This document shows positions 12,101 through 23,961 of a stretch of 64,000 nucleotides of DNA, in pieces. Source of the stretch: Lama glama (taxonomy: Eukaryota); the NCBI GenBank assembly GCA_028534125.1, contig CM052816.1, positions 43,030,001-43,094,000 on the forward strand, read 5' to 3'. Below the pieces are notes generated by a model, which had not been told where the DNA came from, ran no database searches, and was given only the letters and a program-made list of their open reading frames with translations. A program made the translations under genes and the position numbers. Numbering within the stretch: position 1 is the stretch's first letter; the number at the start of each line of letters is the position of its first letter.

Positions 12101-13699
12101 GTAATTATCATTATCAATATTATCATCATTTCTGGTTGACTTGATAGGTGGAGTGCAGAGAAGTATGATCAGTGGGAAATTTAGGATCTTAAATATAAGG
12201 TTGATTTTTAGACGTTCAACAGGGAAGGGAATTATTTGAAGCTCTGTTGGTGTATAATGAATGAAATGCTTCAGTAGTTTGTGTTTTGGAAGACTATGTT
12301 ATTGACTTTTTTATTAACTTTTTTTTTTAGCAAGAGTAATAAAATTGATTTGAGTTAATAAGAGGTAGGAGTTTATTGCTGGTTCAATAAAAAGTTAATA
12401 TAATAGGTATATTGTAGCCCAGACTACAAGTATATTTACCAGTCATGAAAATTACAAACTGAATAGCAGACTGACTGTTATTAAGATGCTGGATTATGCT
12501 TTCAAAATAGCAGATTTAGAATTCCATGTCGCCACCAGTGTTCTAGATACAATGAAATGAGACATCTTTTCAGAACTTTTAATAGTCTTGTGTTTGTATT
12601 TTAGTTTGGATTTATAATCTATTATTTTCATATTACTTATATCTTTATTTTGTTCTAGTGATGTGTATTATTGTTATAAAAGGATATTTGTCAATGTGGT
12701 TCTTTCTTCAGTAATTCTTTTTATGTATTTTTCTTTGGGAAAGAGCAAAGAGAAAAATTCACTGTGGAAGGTTAATATATGAGAATACTTAATAAAGTAT
12801 CTGTGTTTGCAATACATTGTTGAATTGTATCTTGGTTAATTTTCTATTAAATTTAAACTAGTGCATGCCATACATTATCCCTTTTTCTTGTTTTGAAAGG
12901 AGTTATTAAACTTAATATAGTTAGAGGGAACTCTTCAAATTATATCGGGCATGTTGCTATCCTATACCCTGACAGTATTCTTATACAGTATGCAGATTAA
13001 AATTCTTGTAGAGTATATGTATAAAAAGAAATCTTTTATAAATTAAAATTTTGTTTCTAAAAATGACATATATTTTCATATACATGGAATTAAAAAATTC
13101 ATCTTGGGTGTTCTCACCCCCAGTTTGGTCTCTTGTACATTCTGCTGGTTATCTTGTAACCTGCCTCATTTACTGTACTAGCTGCTGATTTTCATTTTCC
13201 AGACATACCAAGTACTCTTTCCTTGAATGATTTGTATGTTAATCAGTATTGGTACATGGTAAAAAACTGATTTTTAAAATTGTCATCTGGACTGTACATA
13301 AAATGACCTTATTTGTTTCGCCAGGGCGGTTAATGCATCATCAAATAGGCAGACTGCCAAATTATTGATGGAGTTGAGCTGTATTTTCAACAGTGTTTAA
13401 TGTTTGGGAATTAAATCAGTCCCATATTGACAGTATGGGATCCAGTATTTATGATTTTAGTTTGCTCCTCATATATATTTATTGTTTGTCAAACTAAAGG
13501 TGGAAAAAAGTGAGAATTAGGAATATAATTATGTATGTGGGAAAAAATAGGAATGGCATTTCTAAGAAATAGAAGACCCAGATTGTAGGTTCAGATCCCA
13601 GTTCAGCTACTTATATAAAACAGGGAATACAAATGAAAAATTGGAAACTTCATTTTCCTTCTTAAAAAATAAAGGAAGAAACTTCTACTTCTTTCCTTT

Positions 13700-14161
13700 T
13701 CTTAAAGCATTTAGTTTAGAAAACTTGTGATCGCAAGGTTTGTCTCTTTGGAATATATGTAAATCTTTTAAAATGCTAAATAAGGCTCTTGCCAGCTTTA
13801 AGACCCAGGACTGTCTTTTTCCTTTTGAATAAAGCCAGTTAGCTAACACAGATGATCACTCAAATTACCAGGTGAATTTAGGATGAGCCATGTGTGACAA
13901 ATGGTGCATGAAGTCCTCTTACCTGAGGACTAGTTACTGTTTCTTTCAGACACGTGTGTAATGGGTTGTATCTGCTTGGCTCATATCAAAGGATGAGAGT
14001 TCTTTCTGGCTTTGCAGTCTCTTAGTGGACTGCCTGTGATGTCCATCACATTGTTGTTTGATGCTTATTCAATAATAAAATTGTTTTCTTTCTCTTCTGC
14101 CTTTAAGGAGAGGTTTTCTATGTTAGGAGGAGATTTTGTTTTTAATTATATTTCCCCAACA
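13700..14161 (+). mobile_element. ERV LTR fragment (probably ERV1 class)
   Basis: AATAAA at ~14074 followed by a T-rich U5 ending ttatatttccccaaCA. Subfamily uncertain. Confidence 0.6.
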
Positions 14162-14489
14162 TTTGCTAGATAGGTGTTTTGGAGCAGAGTCAGGCAGTAG
14201 CAGTAACCAAATGATTTTTACCTATTATAGTTATTAGAAATTAAAAATGCTCATTAATATCATTTTGAAAGGGAAGTTTTGGCTGTATTAAATTCTGATT
14301 CGTTCTCAACTATAGTGTATTCCCAAAAGGATTTCAATGAAAAGGCCATTAAAATAAGAAATTGCCAGCAGGACATAAAATCTCAGTCTAAATTTAACCA
14401 TCTGCTTGAAAATTAGAGTTAAATACCTTTCCTTAATTTGAGAAATGTATAAAAAACTGCTCTTCCAGTGATAATATTGACTCATGCAT

Positions 14490-14990
14490 TTCAAATCCTT
14501 AGCATGGTCTGTGCAGCTTGCATGAGCTGGCTTCTGCCTACTTCTTTAACCTGAACCTCCTACCATTTTCCCCCTTGCTAACTAGAACATCGTCATACTG
14601 ACATTTTTTAGTTTCTTCTAACAGCCAAGCCTGTTCTCACCTAAGGGGCTTTGCACTTGCTTTCCTCCCTCTGCTTGGTAAGCTCTTCTTTCAGGTTTTT
14701 GCACTGCTGGCTCCTCTCATCATTCAGGTCACAGATAAAATAATACCTTCACATGAAAGCTTCTTCTGAACCTCACCAGCCAGCTACACTCTCTAACTTT
14801 ACCCTTTTTATGTTTACAGCACTTGTCACTGTCTGAAAATTTTGTCCATGCTTGCTGAATCTATGATCACTAAAATATAAGCTTCATGAGTGTAGGGACC
14901 TTATCTGCTGAATCCCAGCTTCCTAGTACAGTGCCTGGAACATAGTAATGTCTCAGTAATTATTGAATGAATTAGTGGATGAATGAAGTA
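14490..14990 (+). mobile_element. L2 3' fragment
   Basis: ggctttgcacttgct...tagtacagtgcctggaacatagtaatgtctcagtaattattgaatgaa. Confidence 0.8.
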
Positions 14991-15204
14991 AATTGTCCTT
15001 ATTAATTGATTCCTCACTGATTTAACAAATGTTTATTGAGCACCTCATACACCAAATACTAAAGGGATTTAGCATTGTAAATGCAAATTTCTATGTATTG
15101 GTGATGTTGAGACATGTATATCAAAGAACTTTAAAGATACAATCATAGAACTATACAGCTATACGGAAGAAGTAGGAAATGAAAATGTCATAAGAAAGGA
15201 AAGT

Positions 15205-15425
15205 CCTGTATGCCAAGTATTATGGTAGACATTTCATGTAAGTTATTTCATTTAAATAGTGCTCAAGAACCCTTCCATTTGTGTATTGTTATATACATTT
15301 TTATAGAGGAGGAAAAGGACCTCAGAAGTTGAATAATTGGCATATAATTGGCCAGCTTAGAAATGAATGGGCCCAAATTCAGCTTACATCAGTCTGACTC
15401 TAAATCTTAGTTTCTTCCCTTTGCA
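15205..15425 (-). mobile_element. MIR SINE
   Basis: Antisense core cattttttatagaggaggaaaaggacctcagaag...cagtctgactctaaa. Confidence 0.65.
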
Positions 15426-15449
15426 CTAAAAATGAAAACTCTCTCCTCT

Positions 15450-15600
15450 TGTCAAAAACCGTGAAGGGTCTGAGATATTACTGTACTTACAAGTTGACAA
15501 GCTAGTCGCCACAGGTTCATGGATGCTAACAGAAGACACTACGTCCCTGGGTCAGAGACAAAGGATTTTGTGGCACACAATATAGCAAACAGCATGAGCT
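15450..15600 (-). mobile_element. ERV LTR end fragment
   Basis: TGtcaaaaaccgtgaagggtctgagat...ctgggtcagagacaaaggat resembles a eutherian LTR terminus; family not determined. Confidence 0.45.
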
Positions 15601-15639
15601 TTTTCAATATTTAAAAATACTTCTTTTCTTTTGCTTTCA

Positions 15640-16110
15640 TAGAGTGACATTGCTTCCTCATTGCTTGCACGATGAAGTGTAAGGTCCTTAACATGACCTG
15701 TTAGGGTGTGTGTGATGTGGACCCTGCACCCCTCATTTCTCAGCTTCCTTAGTCAAACTCTATGCTTCATTCATCTTGTAGTTCCCCAGGTTCCACGCTC
15801 ACTCATTTCAGGGCACTGAACATCTTCTCCCTCTGCGAGAGACGCACTTTCCCTTTTCTCACACCTCTACTTCTTTCTCTCCTTTAAGTCTCAGCTGAAA
15901 CATCATTTCTTCTAACACACATAGGTCTTAGCCCTCCTTCTGTATTTTCTGTGTCTGTTTCTCTCTTAGTACTTGGTAAGACTGTTGTAATTTCTCTTTA
16001 TTTTTAAGCTACTTGAGGTCAGAGACTATCTTGTTTATTAGATTTACATCCAGAATCAGCACAGAGCCTGGCCCTGAGTTTCCTTTCATGGTCATTTGGT
16101 GAAAGAGCAG
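15640..16110 (+). mobile_element. L2 fragment
   Basis: gtccttaacatgacc, aagtctcagctgaaacatcatttctt, agcacagagcctggc. Confidence 0.6.
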
Positions 16111-16374
16111 ATAGTTGAGTTAATAATAGAGTAATTCAGAAGTGAGTGACTGATGACTTCCAGATGGAGGAGAACAAGGACAATTTAACTGTTTTAACAT
16201 TTTTTGTTTACATTTTTGTATCTGTGTATATTACAATGGAAAAAAATACAGAAATGTTTTATGGCATTGCTTTTATTCCTAATCAGTTCTGTTTTAGAAA
16301 AAAAAATGGCTATAACAATTTTACCACATCATGTATTCTTAAGTTCAAAAGTGAATCTGGAGGATTAGATAATG

Positions 16375-16690
16375 GACACTTATCAAATGTATGTTGGCTA
16401 CCAGGAGTTGTTCTAGGTTCTCACTGTACTTTATTATTTAATCTTTATAACAGTCCTAATAAGATGAAGTTATTAATTTCTTCTTATTTATGAAGAAATT
16501 GAGACTCAAATATGCAAATAAAATGCTGTAAGACACATGATAAGAGTAAACCTTTACGGAATGCTTTTGATGAGCCAGGCATTATTCTAAGCACTTACAT
16601 ATAGTCATCCACTCTGAGGTGGGTATTATTTTTATCCCCATTTTTCACACGAGGAAACAGAAACACAGAGAAATGTAGTAACTTCCCAAT
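16375..16690 (-). mobile_element. Two adjacent MIR fragments
   Basis: atgaagaaattgagactca (~16490) and atccccatttttcacacgaggaaacagaaacacagag (~16634). Confidence 0.7.
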
Positions 16691-16704
16691 TAGTTCACTC
16701 ATTA

Positions 16705-17340
16705 TTACCAGCTTTTCCTTTCAGTTCTTGAATACATTTATAATAGCTGCTTTATAGTTCTTGTCTGATAATTCCAACACCTGGATCATTTTATGACTGA
16801 CTTCGGTTGACTTCCTTCCTGCTTGACTATGGGTCACATTTACTGTCATGCCTATTAATTTCCTTATTGTATGGTGTACATTGTAGGTAATATATTGTAT
16901 GCAGTCTGATTTATATCCTTCTGTCCTCTAGAGTGTGCTTTTTAGTCCTAATGCATGAGGTCTCAACAGAAGGCCCAAAGTTTTTAGCAAGGTATCTCCA
17001 TTCTTATAGAAGTACATCTTCCAGCCCTGTAGAACCTCTGATATCTCTGTTCAGCTCTCAACTCTGTATCAAGTAATCTGTGCTAGGCCTTCATATTTGC
17101 ACCCCATATTTGACTCCTAGCCTCCTTTCTCTTCACTCCCTGAAGTGGGATTCTGTTCTCTCTGCCTCCTCAGCTTACTAAGATCTCTGATTCATTTGGT
17201 ATCTGTTATTCTGTGCTGCCCCAGTAAAGTCCAATCCTAGATTCACGTTTCCCTGCTTTCCATGACCACAGATGTATGCCATCTGTTTTTCTGGGCTTGA
17301 AAATAGCGACCTCTCATGTTTTTCCTGTTTTGTAGTTGTT
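16705..17340 (-). mobile_element. Very old L1 5'/ORF1-region fragment
   Basis: ttcttgaatacatttataatagctgctttatagttcttgtctgataattccaacacctggatc, typical of antisense L1M/L1ME ORF1-region sequence. Confidence 0.5.
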
Positions 17341-17524
17341 CCTTCCTTTTTTCCCCCTTGGTTTTAAGCCAGTCTCATCTTATCATTGGAGATTTTCTGT
17401 GAATTTTATTTATCCATTACTTTCATAGTCCCTCATTGCTACATCATCAAGAGGCAAATATCTAATAAAGCCAAATTTCCCTTGTTCTTACAATTTATGG
17501 CCACATTGTGTCCCATTCGCTCCT

Positions 17525-17705
17525 ACCCTATTTGATATGGACCATCTCTTGTTCATCCAATGTATAGGAGTTGCTCAGCCAGGTTTTAGGGTTTTTTTTT
17601 GTTTGTTTGTTTGTTTTGGAGGAAATTCTACACATAGCTGTAGACTCAGAGTGTTCGTGGGAGGTAAGTTCAGGATCCTCTTCCATTGCCACCTTGAACC
17701 CAAAT
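17525..17705 (-). mobile_element. Isolated L1 5' UTR start
   Basis: Minus strand gggttcaaggtggcaatggaagaggatcctgaacttacctccc aligns by eye with the L1 5' start at 9529. Confidence 0.7.
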
Positions 17706-17774
17706 CCCTCCAAGTTCTAATTTTGACGGGAACTTCGATGGCTTCATCGTGGGAGTGGCATTTTCCTAGCAAAT

Positions 17775-18225
17775 AGTTTTTTTTAAAAACAGCTTTATTA
17801 CAGCATAATTGTCATATAATAAATTTCACTTGTCAAAAGGGTACAGTTTGATGAGTTTTGAATATGGCAAAATCTTCATTATAATCAAATAACATTTTTA
17901 TGGACCCAGCAAGTTTCTTCGTGCCACTTTTTAATCTCTCCCTCTATCGCCTTCCCTAGGCTATCACTGATCTGGTTTGCGTCATTGTCGCCTTGTTTGC
18001 ATTTGTCAGGAGTTCTATATATGAGATCATATAGGATGTATTTGGGGGGAGCTATGTTTTTCACTCAGTATAATTATTTTGGTATTTATTCATGTTGTTT
18101 CAGGTATTATTTATCTCCTTTATTATTGCTGAGTAGTGTTCCATTGTATGGATAAACTTCAATTTGTTCATCCATTTATCTGTTAGTGGACATTTAGGTT
18201 ATTTCCACTTTTGTGTTATTACATG
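17775..18225 (-). mobile_element. Old L1 (L1ME-like) 3' end
   Basis: aacagctttatt...gctgagtagtgttccattgtatgg...gtggacatttaggttatttccac. Confidence 0.75.
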
Positions 18226-19971
18226 TAAGGCCAGAATTGTAAAATCTATGACTTGCTTCAGTGGAATATTCTCTTACTGCTTCTCACAATTCATTAATTT
18301 AAGGATGCTTGTTAAAAAACAGGCTTTTAAAATATGCCAGCCAATAGAAAATTTTCAGAATTCCAATTAAATCTCCAAACGACTGAGTTTGCATGGCACT
18401 TTTTCTGTTTTCTTTTCTTTTCTTTTTTTCATTAATACCTCACCAGAAATGAGTAGAAAACAGGAAGGAGAAAAGTAAAGAATGATGTAAAAATTAGAAA
18501 AATCTAGTTTTTGTTGATTAGAGATGAATCTATTCATTTCTTAGCTGAAAATTGCCACAGAATTGTGTTTTAAATGAGTAAAGGCTGCTTCATTTAATGC
18601 ACTATTATAAGCATCTATCTTAGGACTTCTTTTTCTCACTGAGCCTTTTTTTGTATAGGTGTGATTCATAAAGTAAACCTTATACTCCACTTACATTTTA
18701 ATTTTCTCTGCCTATTTTCACTCAGTGAGAGACTGTGGTTCAGTGTTTCCTTTTTTGGTAAGCATGTAACTTTCTAGTGCTTCAGACTATTTTGCCTTGC
18801 AGAGGTGTGCTTGAAGTCTCCCCCAGAAGAGGAAATGACTCATTTCTATACAGTTAGCATGTAGGTGTTTGATGAATATTGCTGCCAGGTAGAAATAGAC
18901 TTAATGCCAGTGTAAATGGAGTTTTACAGTTACTAAAATCAGAAGATTTCAAATTTATTAGGAATTTAAATTGTGGAAAGATGACTTCAGAAGTTGGTAA
19001 GAGCACTGTGTTCTGAGGGAGAACTTTGGGCAAATTAAAGTGGTATGAATTTTATGAAATTGTTGATGGCCTAATGCAAGAATATTCTTTGAGATGCTTC
19101 CCCTCCCCCCTAAAATGTGGGTTTGGAACTATGCAAGCTTGAGTAGGATGATACCCAAGTGGAGCAGAGGTCTGATGTGTCAGATCATCCAGACCAGTTT
19201 TTAAGACTTTTGACTGTTGGGAATTCACAAAATCTCCAAGTCTAAGTGTTCTTCAGACTGCTGTGCTATAGAGAAATGAGGAAGTGGGTTCTATGGTTAT
19301 CTTCCTCTGCACACTTCTAATGTTCTAAAAATAATGGCATTGTCCTTATTTTGGAGACCATGAGAAATTGAGTTGCAAATACCACATTGTCCTGGAAAGC
19401 AGGTGTCATACTGAGACATGAGAATGATCTTTACGTGCATAAAGAAAGGCTGATGTTAGTGGTTTTGGCACAGCTCTCCCACAGATAGGGTTTATAAATA
19501 TGGAGGATAATATGTAGTAAATATCTAGCTAGTTAATTTTTTTCTTAATTTATGGCAGTGCCTAGAGCAGCACCTTGTAAATAATATGTACGTAATAGAA
19601 TTTTATAAAAAATGAATAAATTAAAGCTGAATGATGGTACAGTTAAATTTAAAGTTCTCCAGGTGTGATTCTGAAATTATGTTTTAAGGTTTGCAATTCA
19701 TGGAAATAAATGTAACCATTTTAATTTTTCAAACTGTTTCACTTTTATTATTTATTTTGATCATTTAAAAATGTATAATATTATATTATAGCACCTCCTT
19801 GGATTTGTGAAACCTGACCAAGAATCTGTATATGAGAACACAATGCCAAAAAAAGACAAAGGAAAAAAAGAAATAGCTGGTTGGTTTAGAATAAAATATG
19901 ATAGATGATATTTATAGTATAAAATATCCTCCTAGGATGTTTTCCAGTATGTGCCCCTTAATATGAAGAAA

Positions 19972-20017
19972 GGAGAGAGAGAGAGTGTGTGTGTGTGTAT
20001 GTTTGTGTGTGTGTGTA
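19972..20017. repeat. (GA)n(GT)n microsatellite
   Basis: Read directly. Confidence 0.9.
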
Positions 20018-20860
20018 GACAGGTACCCAAGAATCTCTGTATCTCAATGCAGGAAAATGCCGATGGCAAGAGAAAATAACTAGCAAAATTACTGAAACCT
20101 CTTTAGCCCAAGACAGATAGTCTCTGAACTGAAACATTTGGTCTTTGGTTACAGACTTCTATGCATGACTACTGGTTGCATTTTATGTTTGATTTTCACA
20201 AGTCTCGTAATTCAAATCTAGAATTAGACTCACCAGATGTCTGTGACAACACCTTTATTTAAACTCTATTAAAACCTACCGCTGTGAAAATAAACCTTGG
20301 AACACAGTAAATAAATCATTGAGGACTTTTATATTATGAGCATGACCTGAAAGAGTTTTTCCTAAAAAAGGAATGCTTGGATAATGGTCCCATCATTCAT
20401 TGGGCTGATGGGGCTTACAGAAATTCCAGAAACTTGAAAACCCCAAACCCCTGAACTGACTCAACTTTGTTCTGTTTTCATCTGTCTTCAAGAGAGTCCT
20501 CCAGGGTGTTTGGATGTGTATCAAAACATTTTCATAATTTTGCCACTGGAGGGCTCAATGGCCTTTTTAATGTTTCTTTCAGGAGGCTGTATCTTATGTT
20601 TGTATAACAGTGAGACTTTGAAACAAAACTTTTTCGTGTTTTTGAGAAAGCCTGTTTTGTTTCGTTTCTTTTAGTGGGGGTGGGTGGTGGTGCATTTAGG
20701 TGCCCAAATGCATATGTCATTACAGCCAAAAAGATTTCATAATGCACTCAACAATAGAAAGTCCTGTCATTCCTACATGTAAACTGAAATCAAATAGGCT
20801 GCTTTAATTTTTCTCTCAGAGAATAAAGGGAATCGATAATGTATTGAGCAAGATTTCTGG

Positions 20861-20918
20861 CACGTGCATCTGTGGTATCCTTACATGTGTGTCCAGGTGG
20901 CCACGTGGAGGACAGGTG
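20861..20918. promoter_or_regulatory. Cluster of six E-boxes (candidate bHLH enhancer)
   Basis: CACGTG 20861, CATCTG 20867, CATGTG 20884, CAGGTG 20894, CACGTG 20902, CAGGTG 20913. The motifs are seen directly; function is inferred. Confidence 0.35.
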
Positions 20919-21285
20919 GAGTAGGGAGGGCTGAGAGATCTACAATAGCCCAGGAATTCTATGCAGTTGGGGTGGGAGTGGGAGTATTTTTTAAGGATTA
21001 ACTGGAAAAACATAGGAGTGAGTGTCAGGGGAATAGTGGTCATGGACGGTTCCAGGATTCCCTGTCATGTGTTCTGTTGTAAAAATTATGTCTGGAGTTC
21101 TTTTCCTGCCTGTATTACGTGCATGTGTGGCCCGACCTCTCTGAGACTGATGCTGGAGCATGGATTAAGCAAAGGAATATCGATGTGAGTGCCACCTCAG
21201 TTTGACATGTGCATGATTCCTTCTGAAATTTAGGAGGCATTCAGGAAGTAACAATGAGGTGTTATGCAAAAGACTTGTACACAGT

Positions 21286-21420
21286 GGGAGGGGTATAGCT
21301 CAGTGGTAGAGTGTGCACTTGGCATGCACAAGGTCCTGTGTTCAATCCCCAGTACCTCCATTAAAATAAATAATCCTAATTATTTCCCCAAAAAAGAAAT
21401 TTAAGAAAAATTTTAAAAAG
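21286..21420 (+). mobile_element. Camelid tRNA-Ala-derived SINE (Vic-1 type)
   Basis: A box TAGCTCAGTGG (21296-21306), B box GTTCAATCC (21340-21348), tRNA-like head ending CTCCA at 21360, AT/A-rich tail. Degenerate TSD aaagacttgtacacagtg / aaaacttgcagacagtg. Confidence 0.9.
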
Positions 21421-22789
21421 TCACATTACCATTTAAACTCCAAAACTTGCAGACAGTGTTGGCCCCCAAGTGAAAGTATAAAATCAACATAAAGCGGAGG
21501 TACAGACTTATCAGAATGACTCTTCCAGATTTGGTAAGACTTAACTATAAGCTAATTGAAGAATCCAAATATTTAAAGATTAATAACATGCGTGTTAGAA
21601 AGGAGATGATTGCTCAGACTGAAACCTATAGAGGGAAAAGGCAGAGTCTGAGAAAGAAACTTTGGAGGGGTCTGGCTAAGAACTGCTCAAGAAGGCTGGC
21701 ATGGAAACTTCAGTTCTTGTGACTATCCCACCACATGATGGATGCTTGTGTCTCTAAAATTTTGAATCATCAATAAATTCTCCTTGTTCTGATTTCATGC
21801 CTATTCAACTACATTTGATTTTACTATTTGGCCTTTCATAGATTTGCCTGTTACAGAGAATGTACTGGTTATATCAGTGTGAGTGTTTAGATCCACATGT
21901 GAGTAGTATTTTTCACATAGCTCAGAATCTACAGGTGTGGTTTGCCAAAAAAAGCTGGGTTCTGAGCTGGCAGAGTTGAGAACAAGACTCTGGACCATGG
22001 CAAGTTCACCAAGGTCAATTGCACTTTCTTAGGCTGTTTGGAGCTTACAAGTGGGCCTGCCATAGTGATGCCTTTCAGGTCCACCTTCCTTCCAATCTCT
22101 ACAAACCCCACTAAGTGTTTCAGAGTAAATCGGAAAGAGATGCAGAGAGCAGGAAAACTGTAATTTTTGAAAGGAAATACCAAGTACCGTAATTATAAAA
22201 TTTTCTCATCACATTTTATTCATGAATCACAGAAAGAGTTAGTGAGCATTTACTATGTGCTTAACATGTGTATTCCACTCTTATGTTCACTGAAGTTGGC
22301 CAAAAAAACGAAGTGGAATATCTCTTTTACTTGGAACCCTGGTTTTCTTGCTGGGAGACATCTGGGAACAGCTTCTGGAGTAGGCAGGGGACAGTCAACA
22401 AGGGGCTGAGCTGTCAGGCTCCCTACCTTGGTACCCCCAGAGAAATGGAGGCAGTTCCTTTACTCACAGGGTTGGGGTCCATCCTACCAGAGTTATTCTC
22501 TTCTAGGTGAAGTCCAAGTTTACTCTGACTTACTGTTTCCTAAAGGCCTATTTTGAAGCCACCTTCAGAAAGTGTTTGTGGGGAACTTGAGTCTGAGTTC
22601 AGCAGTGGTGCCTGCTGGATCTGGGGAAATTTTAAGAGGCAGAGAGGTGGCATTCACCACCTCCTCTAGACTGCCTGTGTCTGGTGTCTCACCTGGCAGA
22701 GGGCTACCTTTGCTGGTCCTGAAAGGATCTTTGGGATTTATGGATTAAGGAACAGCCAAAAAGAGGAAATACAGATAACTACTACATAC

Positions 22790-23430
22790 CAAGTATTCTT
22801 ATCAACTTTCTGGGGATGTTGCTTGATAAGAAAATGGCTTAGACTACATGATTATAAGAAAGCATCAAAAAAAAAAAAACTCAACTAAAAATGGCTTCCA
22901 TAAGAAGGCCATTTTAAATCTCACTTCATGGGGCATTTTGGGGTTCCAGAGTCAGTCTGGCAGCTCATCAGTCTTCAGGGACTTCATATCTCCCATCTGG
23001 ATCATCAGGACATCAGGAACATCTCTCATAGTCATCACAGGATGACTCCAGCAGTTCTGATCTGCTTGTGTGCCTGGATGTGTTATATACACATGTGGTC
23101 CAACCTTTCTGGTGCTAATATGGAGCTCATGCTGAGCAAAGGAATTCTGACATGAGTACCACATTGATTTAGCATCTGCATAATTTGTGTGTATGTGTGT
23201 GTGTGTGTGATTTTTAGTAGGGAACAAGTGGTGAATGTTTTTGTGCATCTCTCTTTTTACCAAGGAGGAAAATCCTTTCCACAGTCGTTCAGCCGGCTTC
23301 ATTTTAAGTCTTTTTGGTCAGAACTGGATTGCATGCCCACTTTTTATGCATTTATCAGCAAAGAATATATAGAGCCTCAATCCAGACCAATCACAATTGA
23401 CCTCCTAGGAATGGGCACATTGCTACTCAG
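22790..23430 (-). mobile_element. Old MaLR LTR (MLT1-type)
   Basis: ggcagctcatcagtcttcagggac, cacaggatgactccagcagttc, cattttaagtctttttggtcagaactggattgcatgcccac. Confidence 0.55.
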
Positions 23431-23961
23431 CAGTCCTCATAGGAAATGAAAGATGTAACATAAAAGGAACATGGCCAGCTGTTAACTATCTTTTCCAAGG
23501 TCTGGAAAGAGAAAATTGACTTAAATGACATTGAAGGGAATTTAGAGTGCCTTTAAAGGAAGAATGTGCAGACTAGAAAGTGGTATTGTGCACTAGATCA
23601 TATTATTGAGCGTAAATATATTTACTAAAGAGCTTCTAAAAAAAATGAATGAATTTTGACCAGAACATAATTCTACCTTGCTTGGAGGCTGGAAGATGTA
23701 TTTAATGACTTTAAGAGTCTCCTTCATCATAGTGATAAGGAGAAATGTCATTAACAAGGAATTAACCAAGAACTATATTCAAATTTTAAATGGGTTTATA
23801 CTCTCAAGCTTTAAGAGACAAGTTCAGACATATAACGTTTCGTTTCGGTGATCATGTTTTTCTAGTTCAACTGGTCTTTTACTTGGTATAAAAATGAATT
23901 GGGAGGTTGATAAATACATAAATTCTTCGATACCACTTTCCAGAGATGTTGATTCAAAAGA

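Noticed and set aside
18930..18996. + strand exon candidate LLKSEDFKFIRNLNCGKMTSEV ending TTG|gtaaga
   Set aside because: Very short pyrimidine tract at the acceptor and no recognisable homology.
21286..21360. Functional tRNA-Ala gene
   Set aside because: The anticodon stem is broken in the canonical register (TGCAC/GCACA), the T-stem has a mismatch, and it is followed by a SINE-type A-rich tail and TSD. It is a SINE.
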